The notes under the pieces were generated by a model. It ran no database searches. It was not told the origin of the DNA and saw nothing but the letters and a program-made list of their open reading frames with translations. From positions 3,402-67,401 of the forward strand of contig LQBH01000069.1 in the NCBI GenBank assembly GCA_002030015.1: a stretch of DNA of 64,000 nucleotides, given 5' to 3'. The translations under genes were made by a program, and so were the position numbers. This DNA is from a delta proteobacterium MLS_D (GTDB lineage Bacteria > Desulfobacterota > Syntrophia > Syntrophales > UBA2210). This document shows positions 57,163 through 64,000 of the stretch, one piece after another. How positions within the stretch are numbered: position 1 is the stretch's first letter; the number at the start of each line of letters is the position of its first letter.

Positions 57163-57423
57163 TTATGACAGAAGTTCGCAACGGATCTCGCGGCTCAGCG
57201 CCTCGATAATTCCGTCGACCACATCAACGAAATCCGGGACCGCCGTTACCTTTACGACGGCCCTGAGGCCGTCGACGGTGGTCACGTTCGCAACACCGTC
57301 ATACCCTTCAAAAACGTATCGTACGTAAGAGATATCCTTTCTGTCCAGGCGTACGTAGCGCGAAACGGTGCGGCATTGAATCACTGATCGTCTCCAACGG
57401 TTTGTAATCACTGCAATTAACAT
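57163..57423 (-). CDS. DUF4911 domain-containing protein
   Basis: 86 aa. ...RKDISYVRYVFEGYDGVANVTTVD... resembles the [FY].LEGYDG.A.V.T core that I recall for DUF4911. Confidence 0.5.
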   Translation of the reverse strand: MLIAVITNRWRRSVIQCRTVSRYVRLDRKDISYVRYVFEGYDGVANVTTVDGLRAVVKVTAVPDFVDVVDGIIEALSREIRCELLS

Positions 57424-57456
57424 TAAACCCGTGAAATATCAAGAGGAAAACGCGCC

Positions 57457-57485
57457 TTGACAGAGTAGCGCCGCTCGTCTATATT
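57457..57485 (+). promoter_or_regulatory. Candidate sigma70 promoter of recJ (TTGACA-N17-TATATT)
   Basis: A perfect -35 TTGACA lies at 57457-57462. After a 17-nt spacer, TATATT lies at 57480-57485. The element is ~100 nt upstream of the recJ ATG. Confidence 0.45.
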
Positions 57486-57586
57486 CCATTCACCGGCGTG
57501 ACGAGCGGTTGTTCCGCGGGGTGTCGGCCGCCGGCCGCGCCCGTTCCCGATCTCCAGCCTCGCCGTGAATCAAACAGGAAACCCGA

Positions 57587-59344
57587 ATGAATCCAAAATC
57601 TGTGTGGTACATGTCGAAGAATGACCAGGTTGCCGAAAAACGTCTTACTGACGAACTGGGCATCGGTCTTCTCATGGCGAGGATTCTGGTGAACCGCGAC
57701 ATACAGACGCCGGAACAGGCAAAGAAGTTTCTTTTTCCATCATTGAAGGACCTGCACAATCCCTTTCTTCTCAGCGATATGCGTTGCGGCGTCGACCGGG
57801 TCATTCGGGCGATTCACGATGGCGAAACCATGGTCGTGTTCGGTGATTACGACGCGGACGGCATTACGTCCACGGCGGTCATGGCTGATTTTCTCGCGGA
57901 GTTGGACGGAAAAGTATTCCGTTATATTCCCGATCGTATTCAGGAAGGATACGGTTTGAACAAACAGGCAATCGACGCCGTCGCCGCCCGCGGCGCCACG
58001 CTTATCATCACCGTCGACTGCGGTATTTCGAATCACGACGAAATTGAATATGCGACGACGCGTCACGGTATTGACACAATCGTCATTGATCACCACGAAA
58101 TTCCCGACCGTTTACCCCCGGCAACGGCAGTCATTAACCAGAACAGAAAGGACAGCGAGTTTCCCTGCCGCACGCTCGCCGGCGTGGGTGTCGCATTCAA
58201 CTTTCTCATAGCTCTCCGTGGAACCTTGAGAAAACAGGGGTTTTGGAAAAACGGCGATTATCCGAACCTGAAAGACTACCTCGACCTGGTGGCACTGGGA
58301 ACAATCGGTGACCTGGTCCCCCTGACAGACGAGAACAGGATATTCGCCAGGATCGGCCTTGCCGTCATGGAAGAAGGGAAACGTGCCGGGATTAAAGCCC
58401 TGAAGCTGGTGAGCGGCATTGAAAATACCTGCATCAATTCGGAATCCGCCGCCTTCAAACTGATTCCGCGGTTAAACGCGGCAGGCCGCATCGGATCTCC
58501 CGAAGAAGCCTTACGATTGCTCATGGCGGACAATTTCGACGAAGCCCTTCGTTTCGCACGCCGTCTCGACGAGATGAATCGTGAACGACAGGACATAGAA
58601 AGAAAGATTCTTACCGAAATCCTGAAAAAAATCGAATCCGACCGCAGCATCGCCGATGCCAACTGTTTCGTTCTCGCATCCACAGAATGGCATCCCGGCG
58701 TGATCGGCATCGTCGCATCGCGCCTCGTTGAACGGTATTATCGCCCCGTCCTTCTCATCAGCCTGAAAGACGGCGTCGGCAAAGGTTCGGGACGCAGCAT
58801 CGCCGAGTTCAATCTTTACGAAAACCTGGAATCGAGGTGTTCCTCTCTCTTTACCGCCTTCGGCGGTCACCGGTATGCCGTCGGATTGTCCATCATGGAG
58901 GAACACATCGACGATCTGGCGCGGCTGTTCAGTGACGCGGTAAGGGAAAGCGTCGGCGATATTCAACCGATCCGGCCGATACAGGTGGACGCGGAATGCA
59001 GTCTCGCCGACATCGATTATCCACTGCTTTCGCAACTTGAAATGCTCGCTCCCCACGGCGCCATGAATCCCGAACCGGTGCTTCGCGTCAATAATGTTAC
59101 CGTTACATCCCACACCGTTGCCGGAGGTGCCCACCTTCGACTTTCTGTCAGCGAAAACGGCATCGAACGGGAATGTATATGGTTTAACAGCGCACGTTTT
59201 TTCGGTTCGCTCGATGGATCGAGAATGGACATTCTTTTCACTCCACAGGTGAACAGGTGGCGGGGGGGATCGACGATTCAGCTCAAAATTCGCGACGCCG
59301 TTCCGGCAGGCACATCGGAAAACGGGCATTCCGAGATCGATTGA
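57587..59344 (+). CDS. recJ: Single-stranded-DNA-specific exonuclease RecJ
   Basis: DHH motifs are VFGDYDADGITS, ITVDCG and VIDHH. The DHHA1 region contains GGH..A.G. 585 aa. Confidence 0.92.
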   Translation: MNPKSVWYMSKNDQVAEKRLTDELGIGLLMARILVNRDIQTPEQAKKFLFPSLKDLHNPFLLSDMRCGVDRVIRAIHDGETMVVFGDYDADGITSTAVMADFLAELDGKVFRYIPDRIQEGYGLNKQAIDAVAARGATLIITVDCGISNHDEIEYATTRHGIDTIVIDHHEIPDRLPPATAVINQNRKDSEFPCRTLAGVGVAFNFLIALRGTLRKQGFWKNGDYPNLKDYLDLVALGTIGDLVPLTDENRIFARIGLAVMEEGKRAGIKALKLVSGIENTCINSESAAFKLIPRLNAAGRIGSPEEALRLLMADNFDEALRFARRLDEMNRERQDIERKILTEILKKIESDRSIADANCFVLASTEWHPGVIGIVASRLVERYYRPVLLISLKDGVGKGSGRSIAEFNLYENLESRCSSLFTAFGGHRYAVGLSIMEEHIDDLARLFSDAVRESVGDIQPIRPIQVDAECSLADIDYPLLSQLEMLAPHGAMNPEPVLRVNNVTVTSHTVAGGAHLRLSVSENGIERECIWFNSARFFGSLDGSRMDILFTPQVNRWRGGSTIQLKIRDAVPAGTSENGHSEID

Positions 59345-59411
59345 TTTCCCCTTTTCCGCGTGCTATGTAGAAAACATTCCTTTCAAGCAATAATCTTTTC
59401 AGGGAACGACA

Positions 59412-61514
59412 ATGTTTTCCAGACGAACGATCCGACGCCCTCGTTTCAACATGAACCTGCAGAGTCTACTCATCGTCGGGTTCCTGACGGCCGCTTGTTT
59501 CACGGGCCTCGTGGCGACGGCCGTCGGCATGCATCTTATCAACAAAAACACTATCGGTGAGGTGCACCGCACCATAGAACACAATATCAACGCGGCCAGG
59601 CTGATCTACGAACATGACCTGGACCGGCTTTTGTTCCAGCTTCGCCTGGCGGCCCTGAGACTTCAAATGTGCAACGGCGGCCAGATACTCCTGCCTGAAA
59701 ATCCCTGCGAAGTTCAACAAATCATCGGCGAAAGCGATACCGACCACGCGCCGCCAGACATGCTTTTTATAGTCGACCGCGAAGGACGGGTAACCCGGGG
59801 TATCTCAAACCCGGAACTGACGGCGGGAGACGTTACCGCTGATCCGCTGGTGCAACGGTGCCTGGAAACCGGTCTTCATCAGTCCGCCACGATACTGATG
59901 CCGGTTGAACAAGTGTTGTCCGAAAACCCCCTGCTTGTCGACCGGGTCGACATTCCCGTTATTGAAACTCCCCAGTCGGCGCCCCTTCAGAAGGAACGCC
60001 TGACGGAAGCTCTCGTTGCACGAGCGGTCGTTCCCCTCAAGGACCTCGACGGAACTGTTGTCGGCGCGGTCGTAGGAGGAATTCTGCTCAACAACGACTT
60101 TCAAATCGTCGATCGTATCGTCAGGGCGATCTACGGGAATGAACAATATCGCGGGCTCGAAGTAGGATTCGCCACCATTTTTCAGGGCGGCGTGCGTATT
60201 TCCACGAACGTCACCACGGAAGAAGGAACGAGGGCCGTGGGAACCACGGTGTCCGAAGAAGTCTACCGGACAGTGATCGAAAAAGGAGAAGCCTGGATCG
60301 GAAGAGCCTTCGTCGTGAACGACTGGTACATCAGCGCCTACCTGCCCATTCGTTCGCCGGGCGGCGATGTCATCGGTATGCTCTATACCGGCGTGCTTGA
60401 GGCGACGTATACGGACATGAAACGATCATCCATGCTCATTTTTCTCGCCGTAACATTCCTCGGGGTGGTCGGGGCGTTTTTCGTTTCATGGCGTTTCGGC
60501 AGGACTATCATAGAACGGGTACGCATACTCAAGGACGCCACCGACGCAATCGCTTCGGGAAATCTCGATTACAAAGTCAGGCACAGGGCCTTGTCGGGCC
60601 TGGACATGCTCGACGACGCTTTCAATAACATGACAAAATCCCTCAAGGATCGCGACGAACGCCTTAAAAAGGTTTTTCAGCAGCTGACAAAAAGTGAACG
60701 GCTCGCCGCGCTGGGCCAGATAGCAGCAGGCGTGGCTCACGAGATAAATAACCCCCTCGGTGGAATTATTTTATACAGCAACCTGGTGCTCGAGGACCTT
60801 CCGGAAGAAAATGAAATACAACGAAAAAACGTGGAAAAAATTATTTACCAGGCAAACCGGTGCAAGCAGATTGTTCAGAACCTGCTTGATTTTTCGCGTT
60901 CTCCTTCCGGCGAAATGATGCCGTTGGAGATCAACCGCGTTATTCTCACCTCCCTGGGACTTGTCAAGGACCAGTCAATGTTCCTGGGAATCAACGTGGA
61001 AACGAACCTGGCCGACGATCTTCCCGAGGTCATGGGCGACCAGTCCAGGCTTGAACAGGTCTTCCTCAATATTTTCGTCAATTCCGTCGACGCCATGCAG
61101 GGAAAAGGGACACTGACAATAAAGACAAAGCTTTTACAGCGGTATCATCACGGCGACCGGTCGGTCGACGACATGGAAACGGAGAAGGTCTGCCTGTTGA
61201 CCAGCACAAATACGGTGAAGATCACCATTACCGACACGGGGCCCGGTATCGACGAATCCTATCTGCCCCACATATTCGAACCCTTTTTCTCTACCAAGGA
61301 ACCGGGCAAAGGAACGGGGCTGGGACTTTCTATTACGTACAGCATCATCAAGAAACACGACGGCTTTATCGACGTGGAAAGCAGGCCCGGTGAAGGAACC
61401 GCCATTACCATCTATCTGCCGGCGCGCGACGTCATTTTCCCCGGAGCGCTTCAACCGCAGGATATTGAAAACGGGGATATCGATTGCGCAGGAATTGTTG
61501 AACGAAATAATTGA
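59412..61514 (+). CDS. Sensor histidine kinase (TM - periplasmic Cache-like domain - TM - HAMP - HisKA - HATPase_c)
   Basis: Two TM segments flank a ~300-aa extracytoplasmic domain. A HAMP-like linker follows. The H-box is AAGVAHEINNPLGGI, the N-box is NIFVNSVDAM, G1 is DTGPGI and G2 is GTGLGLS. Confidence 0.85.
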   Translation: MFSRRTIRRPRFNMNLQSLLIVGFLTAACFTGLVATAVGMHLINKNTIGEVHRTIEHNINAARLIYEHDLDRLLFQLRLAALRLQMCNGGQILLPENPCEVQQIIGESDTDHAPPDMLFIVDREGRVTRGISNPELTAGDVTADPLVQRCLETGLHQSATILMPVEQVLSENPLLVDRVDIPVIETPQSAPLQKERLTEALVARAVVPLKDLDGTVVGAVVGGILLNNDFQIVDRIVRAIYGNEQYRGLEVGFATIFQGGVRISTNVTTEEGTRAVGTTVSEEVYRTVIEKGEAWIGRAFVVNDWYISAYLPIRSPGGDVIGMLYTGVLEATYTDMKRSSMLIFLAVTFLGVVGAFFVSWRFGRTIIERVRILKDATDAIASGNLDYKVRHRALSGLDMLDDAFNNMTKSLKDRDERLKKVFQQLTKSERLAALGQIAAGVAHEINNPLGGIILYSNLVLEDLPEENEIQRKNVEKIIYQANRCKQIVQNLLDFSRSPSGEMMPLEINRVILTSLGLVKDQSMFLGINVETNLADDLPEVMGDQSRLEQVFLNIFVNSVDAMQGKGTLTIKTKLLQRYHHGDRSVDDMETEKVCLLTSTNTVKITITDTGPGIDESYLPHIFEPFFSTKEPGKGTGLGLSITYSIIKKHDGFIDVESRPGEGTAITIYLPARDVIFPGALQPQDIENGDIDCAGIVERNN

Positions 61515-61582
61515 CTTCGCCGTTCCGGCCCGGTAATATCCGCGGGCAATTGATAACAGACCACACCAGGAGGTGTTTCAGC

Positions 61583-61975
61583 ATGACGACAGGTGCTACG
61601 AAGAAAATACTTCTCATCGACGATGACCGTGATTTCCTCGCGGCCACGAAGCTGATACTTGAAAAAGGCGGTTACCAGGTTGTCACCGCCGAAGACGGCA
61701 AAAGCGGCGTGTCGATGGTGACCCGTGAAATGCCCGATCTCGCCATCGTCGACATGATGATGGAGACGTGGGGTGAAGGTTTTACCGTGGTTTCGAAGAT
61801 CAGGGAGCTCGAGCAGGGAACCGACATGCCCCTGATCGTACTCAGCTCGGTCGATCTCCAGGGACCCTACCAGTCCTTTGAACCGTCCGATGAATCTCCG
61901 CGGGTGAACATGGTACTGCAGAAACCGATAAAGGCCGATGATCTTTTACGATACGTCAGAGAACTCACGGATTGA
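61583..61975 (+). CDS. Single-domain response regulator (REC only)
   Basis: ATG at 61583 is preceded by AGGAGG (61568-61573). Matching segments: KKILLIDDDRD, LAIVDMMME (phospho-acceptor Asp) and LQKPIK. Confidence 0.85.
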   Translation: MTTGATKKILLIDDDRDFLAATKLILEKGGYQVVTAEDGKSGVSMVTREMPDLAIVDMMMETWGEGFTVVSKIRELEQGTDMPLIVLSSVDLQGPYQSFEPSDESPRVNMVLQKPIKADDLLRYVRELTD

Positions 61976-61979
61976 TACG

Positions 61980-63089
61980 ATGCCCGAAAAATCACACATG
62001 GAGCCTGAGCAGATACTTGTCATCGACGACGAACAGTCGATACGGGACGGCTGCAGGCAGGCCCTTGAGAAACTCGGTTATACCGTTCACGAGGCATCCG
62101 ACGGCACAGAGGGAGTAAAAATAGCCCGCGATGTACATCCGGCGCTCGCTTTCGTCGACCTTAAAATGCCCGTTGTTTCAGGCATAGAGGTCATCGAAAT
62201 TCTCGCGCGGGACATTCCCGATATCGTCCAGGTGGTCATAACGGGATATGCCTCGGTCATGTCCGCCGTGGAGTCACTCAAAAAAGGCGCCTACGATTAC
62301 ATGCCCAAGCCTTTTACTCCCGACCAGTTACGGGCCGTCGCGAAGCGGGCCCTTGATCATCGCAAGCTCACCATAGAAGCCAGGCGTCTCAGAGAAGAAA
62401 AGAGAGAAATTGAACAGAACTTTATAACTTTTGTCAGCCACGAAATGCGTTCACCCCTCGCCACAATCCAGCAATACCTCGAAGCCCTTGAGATGACCGC
62501 CGGTGCCTGTCTCACTCAGGAGGCCTCCGATATCATCGATCGATGTCACCGCAGAATTCAGAACCTGGAAGACCTGGTGGAACACTGGCTCGACATACGG
62601 CGTATTGATAACGGGACCTTCGTGCACGAACGGACGCCCCTGGACATCGTCGCCGTTCTCAAGAGGTCCGCCGACGAGATGTCCCACCTCTGCAAAATAC
62701 GGGGGATCCACCTCGAAACGAACTTTTCCGAGGGACTGCCGGCCATTACGGGCGACGCCGAAAGCCTGCTGAGAGTATTCATCAATATCATCGGTAACGC
62801 CACGAAATACACGCCCGCCGACGGCACCATAACCGTGGAAACGGATTCCGACGACCATTATGTTATCGTGAGGATATCCGATACGGGCGCCGGTATTCCC
62901 GCCGACAAGCTGCCTTTTATTTTCGAACCCTTTTACCGGGCGGGAGGAAAGGAGAACCGGGACCGCACAAAGGGATCGGGACTCGGCCTGACATTCTGCA
63001 GTAGAATCATGGAAGCGCACAACGGTAAAATCACCGGCGACTCACGTGAGGGCGAAGGAGCCACCTTTACTCTTCTGTTCCCCCGTTAA
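61980..63089 (+). CDS. Hybrid response regulator / histidine kinase (REC - HisKA - HATPase_c)
   Basis: REC segments are ILVIDDEQS, LAFVDLKMP and YMPKPF. The H-box is FVSHEMRSPLATI, the N-box is IIGNATKYT, G1 is DTGAGI and G2 is GSGLGL. Confidence 0.85.
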   Translation: MPEKSHMEPEQILVIDDEQSIRDGCRQALEKLGYTVHEASDGTEGVKIARDVHPALAFVDLKMPVVSGIEVIEILARDIPDIVQVVITGYASVMSAVESLKKGAYDYMPKPFTPDQLRAVAKRALDHRKLTIEARRLREEKREIEQNFITFVSHEMRSPLATIQQYLEALEMTAGACLTQEASDIIDRCHRRIQNLEDLVEHWLDIRRIDNGTFVHERTPLDIVAVLKRSADEMSHLCKIRGIHLETNFSEGLPAITGDAESLLRVFINIIGNATKYTPADGTITVETDSDDHYVIVRISDTGAGIPADKLPFIFEPFYRAGGKENRDRTKGSGLGLTFCSRIMEAHNGKITGDSREGEGATFTLLFPR

Positions 63090-63102
63090 AAGGAGGACGT
63101 GA

Positions 63103-63321
63103 ATGACGCTATTTGACGACGACAGTTATGAATTTCACGAAATGGACAACAAAGACCGATGCTTCAGGTGCGGATACCCGTCTGGCAGGTTCTTCGTGCT
63201 TCGGCAGGTGAAATCAATGAAGATGGTGCACCTCTGCGAAGACTGCCTGCTCAATAGTCGTTCAGACTACTATCTTGACAATACCCGCCCGTGGTCTTCT
63301 AAGAGAAGGCCCCCCAAGTAG
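63103..63321 (+). CDS. Small hypothetical protein with C-x2-C ... C-x2-C zinc-ribbon-like motif
   Basis: 72 aa. It has CFRCG (res 20-24) and CEDCL (res 45-49). RBS AAGGAGGA lies 5 nt upstream. It is the last gene of the two-component cluster. Confidence 0.45.
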   Translation: MTLFDDDSYEFHEMDNKDRCFRCGYPSGRFFVLRQVKSMKMVHLCEDCLLNSRSDYYLDNTRPWSSKRRPPK

Positions 63322-63328
63322 GCCCGTT

Positions 63329-64000
63329 TCAGAGCCACCGTTTGCGCCTCTTATAGGACTTGACGTTCTTGAATGATTTCTGGTCGCCCGACGCAGCAAG
63401 ACCGAGATAAAATTCTTTGACGTCGGGATTTTCCTTGAGGTCGTCCGCTGCCCCTTCCATGACGATCTTTCCGTTTTCCATGACGTACCCGTAATGGGCG
63501 ATCTGCAGAGCCATGTTTGCGTTCTGTTCAACGAGGACAATGGTGGTGTGCTGTTCCGTGTTGATTCTTCGAATTATTTGAAAGATTTCCCGAACCACCA
63601 GGGGCGCGAGTCCGAGGGAAGGTTCATCCAGAAGCAAAAGCCGCGGGTGGGCCATGAGCGCTCTTCCCATGACCAGCATCTGGAGTTCGCCGCCGCTGCA
63701 ATATCCCGCCATGGTTTTCCTGCGCGTGGCCAGGACGGGAAAATACTCGTATATCATTTCCATGTCACGTTTATACGGTTTTCCCCACCTCGTGGCGGTT
63801 CCCACCCTCAGATTTTCTTCAATAGTCAGGTACTTGAAGGGTTGTCTGCCTTCCAGGACCTGAATAATCCCCATTCTCGTTATTCTTTCCGGTGACGAGT
63901 TCTGAATAGGGTTACCGTCGAATTCAATGTTTCCATCCGTCACCTCGCCGTTCTCCGGCTTCAGCAATCCCGAAACGGCCTTCAGCGTCGTTGTTTTGCC
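63329..64000 (-). CDS. Branched-chain-amino-acid-type ABC transporter ATP-binding protein (LivF-like), N-terminus outside the window
   Basis: The reading frame is open to the window edge. It reads GKTTTLKAVSGLL (end of Walker A), the Q-loop region, the signature YCSGGELQML, Walker B LLLLDEPSLGLAP and the H-loop VEQN. A basic C-terminal tail is present. Confidence 0.85.
   Translation of the reverse strand, partial: GKTTTLKAVSGLLKPENGEVTDGNIEFDGNPIQNSSPERITRMGIIQVLEGRQPFKYLTIEENLRVGTATRWGKPYKRDMEMIYEYFPVLATRRKTMAGYCSGGELQMLVMGRALMAHPRLLLLDEPSLGLAPLVVREIFQIIRRINTEQHTTIVLVEQNANMALQIAHYGYVMENGKIVMEGAADDLKENPDVKEFYLGLAASGDQKSFKNVKSYKRRKRWL

Overview
This is a dense, mostly co-linear chromosomal segment with about 60 protein genes. 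By eye I found no rRNA, tRNA, CRISPR array, transposase or integrase. The organism looks like a moderately GC-rich strict anaerobe. This rests on gene content: a 4-subunit 2-oxoacid:ferredoxin oxidoreductase plus ACT protein, indolepyruvate:ferredoxin oxidoreductase, ADP-forming acyl-CoA synthetase alpha, two radical SAM enzymes, an archaeal-type iPGM-like gene next to hom, and PgpH. That content resembles Desulfobacterota or syntroph-like deltaproteobacteria, which is inference only.

Recognisable housekeeping genes:
- feoAB
- corC-lnt-prfB, where prfB carries the classical +1 frameshift site
- a LysM-repeat MltD-like transglycosylase
- phoH-pgpH-ybeY
- M20 and M16 peptidases
- dtd, guaB, dnaE, hom, recG, purMN, pfk, rpmB and recJ
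- a Cache-HK / REC / REC-HK phosphorelay
- a partial livF-type ABC ATPase

The most unusual items:
1. A translationally coupled pair of paralogous, membrane-anchored P-loop GTPases. They have a dynamin-like layout and a glycine-less G3 motif (27880-31325).
2. An IOR...ACD-alpha operon interrupted by a J-protein, a signal-peptide-bearing YidD-like protein and a TPR/membrane protein (38943-45076).
3. An acyl-CoA synthetase inactivated by loss of one base inside its GYGMSET motif.
4. A B12-radical-SAM / small membrane protein / M16-M16 / M20 gene string.
5. A 600-nt structured non-coding gap.

Nothing looks like a classical mobile or defence island, so interest scores are moderate. All calls come from reading the translations and DNA by eye. 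No database search was run.
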